A stretch of DNA of 63,176 nt, the filler included, from Octopus bimaculoides (lineage: Eukaryota): the NCBI RefSeq assembly GCF_001194135.2. It is 4 parts of 4 records of this genome, joined end to end, with 100 filler letters (N's around TTAATTAATTAA, not from the genome) between each part and the next. Parts side by side here need not be neighbours in the genome. Positions count along the whole stretch, not along the records: positions 1 to 25,831 come from NC_069004.1; positions 25,932 to 42,941 come from NC_068988.1; 2 more parts are not named here. One strand, 5' to 3'. Made by a program: the position numbers and the translations under genes. The notes below the pieces were generated by a model. The model was not told the origin of the DNA. It ran no database searches and worked only from the letters and a program-made list of their open reading frames with translations. Shown in pieces: positions 14,353 to 27,665 of the stretch (positions are counted from its first letter, which is position 1; the number at the start of each line of letters is the position of its first letter).

Positions 14353-14700
14353 NCTAACTAGTTTCGTTTTACATGCTTACACCGCCACCACACTTTTGCA
14401 CACCACACCCGTGCCACTCCGCTTCACACACCACACCCGTGCCACTCCGCTTCACACACCACACCCCGCCTTACACTTTGCGCTCCTTCTCTCATGCATC
14501 ACCGCCCCTCCCCCCTACTACACTACACTTTGCATTTCGCATACCACACCGTTACCGTTAGACCACATAACACACAATACCACATCGCTTTTGCACTCCG
14601 CTTCCATTCTGTACTCGCTGCCACTTCACTCAACCGCACCGTTCCAATTTCCACACTGCAGCATTGCTGGCACATTGTGCCACTTGACATGTCTCTTACC
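14353..14700. repeat. Decaying 28-bp C/A-rich minisatellite
   Basis: caccacacccgtgccactccgcttcaca is perfect at 14401-14428 and 14429-14456, then degenerates. Confidence 0.75.
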
Positions 14701-14989
14701 ATTCCGATTTACTTATGACGTCACTCTGTTAGCACGCAGGCACCGCATGGTGCCGAGTTCAGACCCACTGTATGGCAGCTTGGCCAAGTATCTTCTATGG
14801 CCATTGGCTTGATCAAAACCATTCTCAATGGATTCGGTGAAGGTGAAGGTGGTGGTAGTGGTGGTGGCCACGGTTAGAAACACGTTTGATAAAACCAGCC
14901 TTAACAGCTACCCTGCAATTGCTCATTTCTATGAATCCACGTGGTCAAAAATTTTGTGTTTGTGTATATACGTATCTGCATGTGCACGC

Positions 14990-15230
14990 GAGGACAAGTG
15001 GCGAAGGGGTTAGGGTATTGGGACCCGATCACGATTGTGAGTTTCATACCCGGCGGCGCGTTGTGCCCTTCAGCAAGGTATTTTATTTCACTTTGTTCCT
15101 GTCAGCTCAGCTGACAACAATGAGTTGTATCTGTAATTCAAATGTGCCAGCCTTGTTACAGCCTGTGCCGCACCTGAATATCACCGACAACTACGTTATG
15201 GGTGACGCATGTCTGTGGTGTACACATTAA
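14990..15230 (+). mobile_element. SINE family C (tRNA head + gtccttgagcaagacactt-type core), diverged
   Basis: gtggcgaaggggttagggtattgg...gagtttcatacccggcggcgcgttgtgcccttcagcaaggtattttatttcac. Homologous to 23065 and 41274. Confidence 0.7.
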
Positions 15231-15384
15231 TTTCACGAGTCGGCCTTTAAACGGATCAACTGGAACGGTTGTCGTAACTGACGGGATGGGATGTCAGTGA
15301 TGCTTGTGTGTGCGTCTATAATAATTTTAAAAATGAGAATATCTGAAATAGACTCGACTGCTCTCACAAATGAGAATACTAAAA

Positions 15385-15595
15385 ATGAACCCGGCTGCTC
15401 CTCAAAATTAAGTAAAAAAAACAGGAAAAATAATCCAGAATCCTTGTCCGGTACCGGATCGATCCAAAAATCCAATCAGTTCGTGCCAGTCACATCTCCG
15501 AAGGTTTCATCCGAATCCATCCAACGGTTCTTGAGATATAAAACAAACACGACTGAAAAAAAAAAAACTCCGCCTTCGCTAAAGCGGAGATAATA
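15385..15595. mobile_element. Helentron/HINE-like non-autonomous element (partial)
   Basis: Terminal hairpin CTCCGC-cttcgctaaa-GCGGAG (15568-15589) after an A-run, preceded by ccggatcgatcc...tttcatccgaatccatccaacggttcttgagata. Resembles HINE termini as recalled; not searched. Confidence 0.5.
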
Positions 15596-15608
15596 ATAAC
15601 TATAATAA

Positions 15609-15815
15609 TAATCTTTTGTACTAAAAGACACAAGGCTTGAAATTTTGTGGAAGGGACTAGCTATTATATTGACCCGAGTATTTTACTAGTGCTTAATTTA
15701 TCAACCCCGAAAGGATGAAAGGCAAAGTTGTCCTCAGCGGAATTTGAACAAAGAACTTGAAGACGGACGAAATACCGCTTAGCATTTCGTTCGGCGTGCT
15801 AACGATTCTGCTTGC
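15609..15815 (-). mobile_element. SINE family A
   Basis: Reverse-strand head, core and tail, ending in an (ATT)n tail. Confidence 0.85.
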
Positions 15816-15837
15816 TCGGCGCCTTAATAATAATAAT

Positions 15838-16010
15838 AATCCTTTGTATTGGAAGCACAAAGCCTCAAATTTAAAGGAAGGGATTAAGTCGATCACATCT
15901 ACCTCACTGCGCAACTGGTACTTATTTAATCCACCTTGAATGGATGAAAGGCAAACTCGACCCCGGCGGAATTTGAACTGAGAATGTAGCGGCAGACGAA
16001 ATACCGCTAA
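15838..16010 (-). mobile_element. SINE family A
   Basis: Reverse-strand core and tail, ending in (ATT)n; tandem to the previous copy. Confidence 0.85.
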
Positions 16011-16385
16011 ATATATAATAAAAACAAGAAGAAGAATATATAATATGTTAATTCTAGGTGTGAGATCTAATTTCAGATATTGTGTGTGGTGGTGGAGGGA
16101 ATGCCACGCTAAACTATAACCTAGAGTTTCAACGTTAAAAACTGGAATAAAAGCCGCTTAGCATTTTGTCCGGCGAGGCAGGTCGCTGCCCCAAATGGTT
16201 TCAAGGCCAGTGTTTCCGAGGAGGGGATTCAAATAAGTCGATTAAATCGACTTCGTTACTAGACTAATGCCTAATTCTATCGATCTCAAGGGGGTAAAAA
16301 CAATACCGACACAAGGAGGACTTGAACTAACATTGGAAAGATTTAGAAGAAATGCCGCCAAGTATTTTTTATCGACACTGTAAAC

Positions 16386-16673
16386 CAGGGGTCCACAGAA
16401 GCTTTAAGAGGGTCCACGAGTGAAAAATTGTAATTTGTGGATCCATATATAAATTTTGTTTACTAGAAGAGAGGTAGCTGTATTTATTGAAATTTTCTAG
16501 ATTTGTATTTGGAATTTACGCTATGAATATAACGAAATTGTTTCATTGTTAGTTTTTACTAAACCCACAAAAAATATTGTATTTCAAAAATTTATATGTG
16601 CATATATGGGGTCCGCAGATGATAAGATAGCTCTGAGCGGGGTCCACAAGCAAGATAAGGTTGGGCACCCCTG
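16386..16673. mobile_element. hAT-type MITE
   Basis: Ends cagggg / cccctg. Flanking 8-mers ctgtaaac / ctctaatc (6/8). Repeated subterminal ggggtcc(a/g)c motifs. Confidence 0.65.
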
Positions 16674-17030
16674 CTCTAATCGATCCTGCCAGTGATTATG
16701 TTGATAATTGGCGAATTATATGAAGGAACTCAGCAGTTATATGCATTGTTTTACGGTCCAAAATATTGTATTTGATTGGGCTAAATTTTTACAAACCTAA
16801 ACCTTGACAGTCAATAGTAGGTCAATGCGTTAAATTTCTGAATATTACTTTTGAATTTTTACAGATGATTGAAAATGGGTTAAAATGAAAAAAATTAATT
16901 ATTAAAACTCCTTTACTTCGAGTAGAAATGGAAATACTCGGTGTCCTGTAAATAGGACACTGAGACAATGTGATATAGCTTATTTAATGTCCTCATTTAG
17001 TATCCTGTTTATAGGACAGTGGGACTTCAT

Positions 17031-17076
<46 letters not shown>

Positions 17077-17282
17077 ATATCTATACATCTAATATATATA
17101 CGTGTGTGTATATGTATGTGTGCTTATGTATGTACATGCATGTATAGTTCTGTATGTACGCGCGTGTATATATGTCTGTGTGAATGTATATGGGTATGTA
17201 TATAAGTGTGTGTGTACGTGTGTAAACAGATCGTATTTCATGGCATATAAGACTTTTTCCAGACAGGTGTCTCTAAAACATC

Positions 17283-17485
17283 CCTCCGCGTTAGTACGCC
17301 GGTCCGAAATACTTAGCGGTATTTCGTCTGTCCTTACGTTCTTAGTTCATATTCCGCCGAGGTCGACTTTACCTTTGATCGTTTCGGGGACGATAAATTA
17401 AGTACCAGTTCCGTTCTGGCTGGGTCTAATCGACTGGCCTCTTCCCCCAAAATTTCAGGACTTGTGCCTAGCGTAGAAAAGAATA
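17283..17485 (+). mobile_element. SINE family A
   Basis: cgttagtacgccggtccgaaatacttagcgg...gaggtcgactttacctttgatcgtttcggggacgataaattaagtaccag...gtgcctagcgtagaaaagaat. Confidence 0.85.
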
Positions 17486-17624
17486 TGTCCATAGCGTATA
17501 TACTAACATGGGTTCCCTACCCTTGGGTTGGCTAATTCATCATGCACGCTTTGGCGGGAAATTTGCTCTTGATTTGTAGGTGGCGTCCTCGTATGATGTA
17601 GCATAGCTTAAAAGAAAACCTTGT

Positions 17625-17800
17625 GTAATATTAGGTTTAAATTTTGGTAGAAGGCCAGGAAGTTCGGAGGAGGGGTATGTCATTTTGATCGCTCCCAGTC
17701 TATGCTCGACTGGTATTAATTTCGTCGACCCCCGAAAGGATGGTAGATAAAGCCGACCTCGGAGGAATTTGAACTCGAAACGTTAAGGACTAAATGCTGC
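17625..17800 (-). mobile_element. SINE family A, diverged
   Basis: Reverse-strand core: ctggtattaatttcgtcgacccccgaaaggatgg...gccgacctcggaggaatttgaactc. Confidence 0.75.
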
Positions 17801-18034
17801 TGAAATCTATGAGAACATATTAAACGATATCGATTCGTGTATGTCGGTGTGTTTTGCTGGAACATGTATATATACACAGAGAGAGACAGACAGTGAAGAA
17901 CGTGAAGTTGACTGGGTACTCTTTTATTTCATTTGTTATATATATTTCAATAGAAGCATCCTATACGGTGCGATTAACAAAAGAGCCGAATTGCCTTGCT
18001 TTGGCTGCATCCGGTCATGCATGCATATATATAA

Positions 18035-18090
<56 letters not shown>

Positions 18091-19127
18091 ATGTATATGG
18101 GCAAACTAATTCACGAAAAATTAGTTTGCGAAGATATTATTAATTCTGTTATTATCCAGTGTAATTATTTTAAAATTGATTTTTATTGTTATCATTAGTG
18201 TATTTTGGCGATTTAAATAAGCCTTTTAACTGTTATTTCCAGCAGGTAGACATACTTATCATGCCCTTTGGTTAATTTTAATGCTTGATATATATATATA
18301 TAAACTTCATATCGCTATATGCCTGTGGAATGTGTGTGTGTGTGTGCTTGCGTGTGGTTATTTATTAAGGATCAATGTTGCTTCAATTTATAGGGAGTTT
18401 TAATAATTGCATTGAAATTAATTGGGGGAGTCTCATTAATTATGTGCTAGTGGTTGTGATGAAGTTGTACTGATATTAGTAACACGGAAACAAATGTAAA
18501 AGACAATAAGGCCTTAAAGAACACACACACACACACACATTATATTTGGTTGGTAGCAAATAAGCTTCTCTATATCCCTTTGTGCTTTTTCCTTTTTTTC
18601 TGTTTTCATTTTCACTAAGATATCTTTGTCATCTTTCTGTAGCATGTTTGTGTCTATACACGTACATGCATCAGTGTGTGTGTGTTGTATATGCGTGTGT
18701 ATATGTATGTACCAATGGTGTTGTCCTAGTCACGTTCTTACTAAATGTGTAAAACCTATTTTCTGCTGTGATGACTTAGGCAGAGTATTTGAGTTCCAAG
18801 TTTGAAAAATACTGATATACTTACATAACACACATCCAGGTAGATGGATGGATGGATAGATAAAGAGAGGGGGAGGGTGGGAGCGAGAGTTGTCCATTAA
18901 TCTCATTCAATTATTTCTGTATAGTATATCGTCTATTCTGAAGTGTTCGAAGGTTTTGCAGAAGTTGGCGAAAACCCGTGCAAGTACTTAAACTGTGTTA
19001 CGTAGATTGCGCAATATTGTCCTTCGCACATTCTCTCACAAATTCAGGCACGTTCATATCTATCTGTCTGCCTGTACGTATAGACACGCAAATATATAGG
19101 TGTGTGCGCTTATAGTAAATTACACAC

Positions 19128-19510
19128 AGGCGTGGCTGTGTGGTAAGAAGTTTGCTTCCCAGCTTGGGGCTAGTGTCTCCTACCATAGCCTCGGGTTGAC
19201 CAAAACCTTGTGAGTGGATTTGAAAGAAGCCCGTCATATAATATATGTACACTCACACACACACACACACACATAATGTGTGTGTATTTGTGTGTCTGTG
19301 TTTGGTTTTCGCTCTACTATCGCTTGACATCCTATGTCTGTGTGTTTACGTACCCGTAAGTTAGCGATTCCATAAGAGACCGATAGAATAAGTACTAGGC
19401 TTCCAAAAAAAAAAAAAAAAAAGTCTTGGGGGTTGAATTGTTCGACTAGAAGCGGTCCTCCAGCAAGGCCGCAGTCAAAATGATTGAAACGAGTATAAGA
19501 GTAAAAGAAT
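19128..19510 (+). mobile_element. SINE family B (tRNA head, CORE-like accttgggcaagt motif, internal microsatellite)
   Basis: gtggctgtgtggtaagaagtttgcttccc...aagcccgtc[(TA)/(CA)/(TG)]gtgtctgtgttt...ggccgcagtcaaaatgattgaaac. Confidence 0.85.
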
Positions 19511-19732
19511 ATATCTACAAATCATTCANNNNNNNNNNNNNNNNNNNNNNNNNNNNNNNNNNNNNNNNNNNNNNNNNNNNNNNNNNNNNNNNNNNNNNNN
19601 NNNNNNNNNNNNNNNNNNNNNNNNNNNNNNNNNNNNNNNNNNNNNNNNNNNNNNNNNNNNNNNNNNNNNNNNNNNNNNNNACATCATGTATGTAACCTCC
19701 GAGAATCTTTAAAAAGTTTTTAAAAAAAGCTG

Positions 19733-20062
19733 AGTGGGTGTGTGTTAAGTAGCTTGCTTTACCAACCACATGCTTTCGGGTTCAGTCTCACTGCGTATTA
19801 CCTTGGGCAAGTAGCCTCGGGCCGACCACTGCCTTGTGAGTGGATTTGGTAGACGGAAGCAGAAAGAAGCCCGTCGTATGTGTGTGTGTGTCTGTGTTTG
19901 TACCCCCACCATCGCTTGACAACCAATTCTGGTGTGTTTACGTCCTCGTAACTTAGCGGTTCGGCAAAAGAAGCCGATAGAATACGTAGCAGGCTTACAA
20001 AGAATGTCCTGTGGTCGATTTGTTCAACTAAAGGCGGTGCTCCAGCATGGCCGCACCATAGC
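19733..20062 (+). mobile_element. SINE family B
   Basis: A-box-like gtgggtgtgtgttaag, B-box gggttcagtc, accttgggcaagt, tail gcggtgctccagcatggccgc. Confidence 0.85.
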
Positions 20063-20455
20063 ATTTGTCACTAGACGCCCTGAGTACTTACCCTTAAAGC
20101 ATTTCGGTCCAGACTTTTTGTGAATGGCTACCTAAGGTTAACTAATCCAAGCATGTACTTTCTCTACTGTCACACACCATTGGCAAAATTCCTTAATATG
20201 ATGAACCGCCAAGAATTCCATCAGGCGGTGTAGCAATTCCATTTAATACATCTCCCAGAATTGGTCTTTTATTTATCGACCCCCAAATGGATGGAAAACA
20301 TTTGACCTCAATGGAAATTGAACCTGGAGCGGATGCATCGGAATTCTATTCGACGCTTGAATCGGTCTGCCGGAGTATATATCGTGCACGCGTGCACACA
20401 CACACACACACACACACGCACACACTCATTTGTATTCTCGTGTGTATGCAGGTAA

Positions 20456-20493
<38 letters not shown>

Positions 20494-21019
20494 ATTTATT
20501 TCGCTCGATTGCGGCCATGCTGGAGCATAAGCTTTGGAGCGCTGAATCGAATAAATCGATTCCATCTATTTCTTCTAATGGTCACGTATTTTTCGGAACC
20601 GCAATGCTACGGCCACACACACACACACACACACAGACACACACACACACACACCACACAACACAACACTGACTGTAAAGTGCGCTTGAGTACTATATAC
20701 GTACTGCGTACGTGTTTATATATGTGTGTGTGTGTGTGTGTGTATAAAACGTGCGAGCCTGTTTGTGTATGCATATGCATGTCTAAAAGTTTGTGTACAT
20801 TGTCTATGTGTATGTATGTATATACGTGTGTGTGTGTTTGTGTGCGTGTATTGTAGTTGGTACCAATGGCGAGTAAGCGATTGATCTGCCTTCACTGGAA
20901 GCTAAGATAATTTCAATAAATCAACGGTTTATCTTCTCTCTTACTTAATATAGCGTTTGTTCGTCTTTGTTCTTCGAATCCATAACACTGACCGTTTACA
21001 GTTATGTCGCTTTGCTCAT

Positions 21020-21690
21020 TACACACACACCGGTCGTGGATTGCCTGGTGGGAAGTTTTACTTTCCGTCCGCATGCTTCCTGGTTCAGACTCCGTTACGT
21101 TTATTACCTTGGCCCCCGGGCGGCAAAATCTTTGTATGCTGGTGGTTTTTTTTTTTTTTGAAGACGGAAACTGAAAGAAGCCTGTGGATCTCTGTCTGTT
21201 TGTTCCCTAGCAATCAATGTTTGATAACAGTTTGGCGATTCGGCGAAAGTGGCTGAGATCTCCGGCAGCTTCAGCGTGAGAGAATGTAACAGGTCTGGCA
21301 CACACACACACCGGTCGTAGTTGCCTGGTAGGAAGTTTTAATTTCTCATCCACATGGTTACGGGTTCAGGCTCCGCTCCGTTAGTACCTTGGCCCCGGGC
21401 CGGCGAAATCTTTGTAAGCGGGTGGTTTTTTAGAAGACGGAAACTGGAAGAAGCCTGCCCAATGTATGTGTGTTTTTGTGTATTTTTGCATTTGTTCCTC
21501 ACCACTGCTTGACAACCGTATCGGTTTGTTTACGTCTCGTATCGGTTTGTTTACGTAGCGGTTCGGCAAAAGAACCGATAGAATACCGGGCTTAAGCGAA
21601 ACAAATATATAAAAATCGTCACTAGGGTTGATTCGTTCGACAAAAACCCCTTCATGGTGATGTCATAGAATGGCCCAAATATTGTGAACC
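21020..21690 (+). mobile_element. Two tandem, highly diverged SINE B-like copies
   Basis: Both begin cacacacaccggtcgt(g/a)g(a)ttgcctggt and share accttggcccc(c)ggg and aagacggaaactg(a/g)aagaagcc. Confidence 0.65.
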
Positions 21691-22257
21691 TAATTCACTT
21701 ACAANNNNNNNNNNNNNNNNNNNNNNNNNNNNNNNNNNNNNNNNNNNNNNNNNNNNNNNNNNNNNNNNNNNNNNNNNNNNNNNNNNNNNNNNNNNNNNNN
21801 NNNNNNNNNNNNNNNNNNNNNNNNNNNNNNNNNNNNNNNNNNNNNNNNNNNNNNNNNNNNNNNNNNNNNNNNNNNNNNNNNNNNNNNNNNNNNNNNNNNN
21901 NNNNNNNNNNNNNNNNNNNNNNNNNNNNNNNNNNNNNNNNNNNNNNNNNNNNNNNNNNNNNNNNNNNNNNNNNNNNNNNNNNNNNNNNNNNNNNNNNNNN
22001 NNNNNNNNNNNNNNNNNNNNNNNNNNNNNNNNNNNNNNNNNNNNNNNNNNNNNNNNNNNNNNNNNNNNNNNNNNNNNNNNNNNNNNNNNNNNNNNNNNNN
22101 NNNNNNNNNNNNNNNNNNNNNNNNNNNNNNNNNNNNNNNNNNNNNNNNNNNNNNNNNNNNNNNNNNNNNNNNNNNNNNNNNNNNNNNNNNNNNNNNNNNN
22201 NNNNNNNNNNNNNNNNNNNNNNNNNNNNNNNNNNNNNNNNNNNNNNNNNNNNNNNNN

Positions 22258-22317
<60 letters not shown>

Positions 22318-23064
22318 AATATAATGTATATATATGAATTTGTGTACGTATATATGTGTGCGTTTGTGTGTATATCTATGTATTTATGTACGTGTGCGAA
22401 TTTGTGTTTATATGTATGTGTATGCATGCATATATATATATATATATATATAAAATAAATAAATGTATACATATAAGCAGAACGGGCACATATTTGAATA
22501 TTTATGTATGTGTATGTGTGGGTGGAAAGGATAGGGGACGGGCGGAGTCGGGGTAAGAGAGAAAAACCATAGCAACGACGTTCAATGTTTGTCGGGAAGT
22601 AAGCCTTACGCATCGCAGTTCTTCAAAAACTTGTGATTATGATGGCCAGTGAGTTTTGATGCCTGTGCAGTTCAGATGCCTGTAAGGGACTGACCAGGCA
22701 GCGCGTTTTGTGGATTCTTTCGGAAACCCCGTATTGTATGCGGTGCTGTTGTTTTAGTACCGGGTCAGCCCTGATCCAACCGGCAGCAGAATGAATAGTG
22801 CTTCGAGCATTGATGCCCAGGCCATCGTGTTTTATCAGACCCATTTACGAACAAAAGCGTTTCGTCCCTTGTCGCCCCCTCACTGCCATTTTGTATGCAT
22901 ATCGTTGACTACATTTCTAGGAGATTTGTTTGCCATTTCTAGCAAAACGGTCGCCTGTGTCTGAGCTTTTTTATTATTTAGAGTTGAAGAAGTTTCTGAT
23001 CTGGGAATGGAATTTCTGCACTTGGCTGCCTTTTCCACTAGTTTTGTGCGCGCCCGTGTTTATC

Positions 23065-23190
23065 AGTGAAGGCACGTGGCTTAGTGGTTATGGTTTTCGG
23101 CTCGCGTTCGTAAGGTCCTGAGTTCGATTTCCAGTTGTGCGTTGTCTCCTTGAGCAAGACATTTTATTTCACGTTGCTCATGTCAAGAAA
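23065..23190 (+). mobile_element. SINE family C (head and core)
   Basis: gtgaaggcacgtggcttagtggtt (A box), gagttcgattt (B box), tccttgagcaagacattttatttcacgttgctc. Confidence 0.8.
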
Positions 23191-24301
23191 ATATCCGCTA
23201 GGCTCACGCAGTCGAAAACGCGTTCAATGGGAAGTGTTTTGCTTGAGAACCAATGCCTCCATGCTACGTATTTCTTTCAGCAATAGTAGCAAAAGAAAAC
23301 TGTACGGTATCTGTGCATGTGCACGTTTGTGTGGTTCATGCTAATACTTTATAGTGTTACAGAGATCGATCCTGAACAATTATGAAATTTTGTTTACCAC
23401 GAAACTTTCAGGTGCTTCAGTTTCTACTGCTATATTTTAATCATATATACACCCCATTTTGCAACTGGAGTTCTTTTCCTATTATTTCAAACAAACATAC
23501 ATGCGTGATACAGTGTGTGTGTGTGTAGCCCTCTATCCTTGTTATGTTATCACGTGTTACATGTAAACTAGTGACATCGTCGTATAAAGCGGTTTTGTTT
23601 ATTTCCAATCTTGGTTGAAACGCATCTTGCCGTTTGGTGATAATTCTACCCAAATTTGTAACAAGTGAGGGTTGGCGACAGCATGGGCAATCCAGCCGTG
23701 GAAAGAGTGCGTCAGTGAATTCTGATTCATGTAAGCTCACAAACTACGATGATGGTGGTGCTGATCATCGTGTGCGTGTTTTGAATGTTTGTATATTTTA
23801 TGTCCAGTACTGCTAATAATTGTTCCTTATGTATTCATATGTGTATATAAACGTATGTATAAACACGTAGTAGATATAATATAAATTGTACATTTATGCG
23901 CTAATGTAAATTGACATGGCAAACACGTGTGTGTGTGTGTGTTAATACTGACATGTGTAAGAAGCAAGTTAGCGCAGAAAGAGGGGGGTGAGAGGGAGAG
24001 AGATTGGCACAGAACGTTCATGTGTGTGTGTGTAATTATTGAGTTGGTACAAACACGCTTTGAAAATCGTTCATCAATGGAAAATATTAATAGCAACTCG
24101 TTTGTGTAATGCATCTACATACACATATACGTACGTGTGTGTGTGTGTGTGTATACATATATATGGGTGTGTGTGTACTCAAATAGATATGTATATATGT
24201 GTGTTTTTCTGTATAGTGAACATGAAACGCTTGTCAAACTAGATTTGTTACAATGATGTACCGTAGGATAAATAGCTAAATAAGACGTGTAAGAAGCTAA
24301 G

Positions 24302-24337
<36 letters not shown>

Positions 24338-25099
24338 GTGGTAGTATATAAAAAAGTAATAAGATGTATAGCAGTGACTTATTGTAAATATGTATGCATA
24401 TATGTATAGACATTTAGGAGGACATGCATGCATGCGTGCGTGCGTGTGTGTGTGTGTGTGTGTGTGCGTGCACACACACACACACTCAGATAGATGGCTG
24501 TATACTGTTGAGCTTTTGCTTGTTTTTTTAATGCTCAACGATTAGTAGTGTTGGATAACAGCAATATTCAAACTGATAGAATACATGACAGGCTCAACAA
24601 AAGCAGACGTGTTGGTGTGTGTGTGTGTGTGTGTCTATGTATACGTATGTGTCTGTATATATGTGTGTGCATATATATATATANNNNNNNNNNNNNNNNN
24701 NNNNNNNNNNNNNNNNNNNNNNNNNNNNNNNNNNNNNNNNNNNNNNNNNNNNNNNNNNNNNNNNNNNNNNNNNNNNNNNNNNNNNNNNNNNNNNNNNNNN
24801 NNNNNNNNNNNNNNNNNNNNNNNNNNNNNNNNNNNNNNNNNNNNNNNNNNNNNNNNNNNNNNNNNNNNNNNNNNNNNNNNNNNNNNNNNNNNNNNNNNNN
24901 NNNNNNNNNNNNNNNNNNNNNNNNNNNNNNNNNNNNNNNNNNNNNNNNNNNNNNNNNNNNNNNNTATATATACTCACAGGCTTGTATGTGTAGTAAGGAA
25001 GAACGGTAACACGTAAAGCTTGCGTATATAATAATAAATAATAATAATATAATAATAATAATAATGTTTCCAAAATTTGAAACCGCTATTATTGGTGTT

Positions 25100-25310
25100 G
25101 AGTGTGAGAGTCGGTCGGGTTGTTAGTGCGCCGGATAAAATGTTTCGCAGTACTTGGTCCGTTATTATTATTCCGAGTTCGAATTCCGTTGCGATTGATC
25201 TTGTCTTTGATCCTTTTTCAGATCGATAAAATTAAGACCTGAGGGCGATTCAAGCGTCCTGACCCCTTCCCTCAAAATGCCATACCTTATGGCCTATAGT
25301 AGAAAGAATT
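25100..25310 (+). mobile_element. SINE family A, diverged
   Basis: gttagtgcgccggataaaatg...ccgagttcgaattcc...gatcgataaaattaag...ggcctatagtagaaagaatt. Confidence 0.7.
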
Positions 25311-25831
25311 ACTTTTCTTACTGTCGATATTGTTTTGCAGTAGATATGATTGGAAAACACCAGACGATAAAACGTGCTGCTGATGTTGAAGAACATTGAA
25401 AAATACTGAATCTTGTCTTCGCAAATGTCTTTTCTGTTAGATCTGTGAAATATATCAGTTCTTGTTTTGCGTCATAAATGGCTGACTTGTACAAAGAAAT
25501 GTTAATTTTTTCTTTACTCCCTTTTCTTTCAGGAACATACAAACACACTGTGCCCATTTTACTGACGCTACATCGGATACTGGCTTCTAAAAGACCTTAC
25601 TTAATGCCAACATGCATAATCACAGAGGAGTTAAGGAAAAACGCCTCAATATCACTTTCATGAGGGCCTCGACTCGTATCAGGTAGGGTGTCTTAAATTT
25701 TTACAATTTTATTTAAATTTAAAACTGTATTCTTAAAATTTTGCCTATTTTTAAAGAGAGACACATGCATATCTAGAAATACGTGTGTTTTTTTTTATGT
25801 CCAAGTTATATATAAAAATATTTTAACATTA

Positions 25832-25931
25832 NNNNNNNNNNNNNNNNNNNNNNNNNNNNNNNNNNNNNNNNNNNNTTAATTAATTAANNNNNNNNNNNNN
25901 NNNNNNNNNNNNNNNNNNNNNNNNNNNNNNN
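25832..25931. other. Artificial scaffold join: 44 N + TTAATTAATTAA + 44 N
   Basis: The identical 100-bp spacer occurs three times. The 12-mer encodes stop codons in all six frames. Confidence 0.95.
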
Positions 25932-25964
<33 letters not shown>

Positions 25965-26254
25965 GGTATGTATGTGTGTGTGTGTGTAGGCGGAAGCTTG
26001 TAAGTGTATGTATTTTGTTTGTGTACACGTCTGTGTCATGCTGTGTGTGTGTATGTATATGTGTGTGTGTATGTGTGTCTGTGTATGTGTGTGTGTGTAT
26101 GTGTGTGTGTGTATGTATGTGAGAAAGACCTTATGGGTGGGGAGGTGTGTTGATGGTGATTCATTAAGTGTCAAATTTCGGCAGTAATTGACATAATTCA
26201 ATTGCTGAGCTATGCCACAACACCATGTTGATACTTTATTATATATGATAGCTG

Positions 26255-26609
26255 AGTATTTACGCCATCCATCCAACCATCCATCCATCCAACCATCCAT
26301 CCATCCGTCCATCCATCCATCCATCAATTCATCCATACAACACATATATCACCAGCGTCCCTTCCATATTTACCACCACTGCTCTTTCTCGTCGCCAGTA
26401 TTTGCTAATATTTCATGCAACTCTACTCCACGCCCTGCTGTCCCCACCACTACTACGGATCCATCCATCCATCCATCCATCCATCCATCCATCTATTCAG
26501 CCAACCAAGCAACCAAGCAACCAAGCAACCAAGCAACCAACCAAGCAACCAGCCAGCCAGCCAGCCAGCAAGCCAACCAGCCAACCAGCCAGCCAGCCAG
26601 CTGACTGTC
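26255..26609. repeat. Graded compound microsatellite (CCAT)n -> (CCAAG)n -> (CCAG)n
   Basis: Directly visible. Confidence 0.95.
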
Positions 26610-27111
26610 NNNNNNNNNNNNNNNNNNNNNNNNNNNNNNNNNNNNNNNNNNNNNNNNNNNNNNNNNNNNNNNNNNNNNNNNNNNNNNNNNNNNNNNNNNN
26701 NNNNNNNNNNNNNNNNNNNNNNNNNNNNNNNNNNNNNNNNNNNNNNNNNNNNNNNNNNNNNNNNNNNNNNNNNNNNNNNNNNNNNNNNNNNNNNNNNNNN
26801 NNNNNNNNNNNNNNNNNNNNNNNNNNNNNNNNNNNNNNNNNNNNNNNNNNNNNNNNNNNNNNNNNNNNNNNNNNNNNNNNNNNNNNNNNNNNNNNNNNNN
26901 NNNNNNNNNNNNNNNNNNNNNNNNNNNNNNNNNNNNNNNNNNNNNNNNNNNNNNNNNNNNNNNNNNNNNNNNNNNNNNNNNNNNNNNNNNNNNNNNNNNN
27001 NNNNNNNNNNNNNNNNNNNNNNNNNNNNNNNNNNNNNNNNNNNNNNNNNNNNNNNNNNNNNNNNNNNNNNNNNNNNNNNNNNNNNNNNNNNNNNNNNNNN
27101 NNNNNNNNNNN

Positions 27112-27150
<39 letters not shown>

Positions 27151-27459
27151 TGCTCTCTCTCTCTTTCTCTCTCTCTCGCTCCACCTCACCGCAAATTACA
27201 CTTGATATTATTGCCGTGATTATTACTGGCGTTGTTAGTACACTTATTATTGCGAAAAGTAAGGCGAGGACTGACAGAGCTGTGCTGCTCCACCAATCAG
27301 TAAATTCGTTGAAAGGCAGGTGAATGTGGCGAGGATGGCGCGACTTAGTGGATAATTCTAAGTGGCGACTGTAGGCTGAGCAGTACACGGAGGAAAGGGC
27401 AACATTTGCCATGGTACTCTTTACTCACAACATTCATGTCATTTGGTATTGCTACATCA

Positions 27460-27530
<71 letters not shown>

Positions 27531-27531
<1 letters not shown>

Positions 27532-27665
27532 GAGTGAGAGAGCAGCGCATGCCATCAAAGTGACACTGGGGTAAAATATACGAAGCCCAATAGACCCATC
27601 ATGACTACCCGTCTGATAAGGGTACACCAGGCACATGCATCACAACCACATGTCGAGCACATACG

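Noticed and set aside
25876-25887. TTAATTAATTAA palindrome recurring three times inside gaps
   Set aside because: Synthetic spacer with an exact 44+12+44 geometry.
27190-27412. Hydrophobic, TM-like peptides on both strands
   Set aside because: Explained by decayed ATT/GTT trinucleotide repeats. No good acceptor and no recognisable family.
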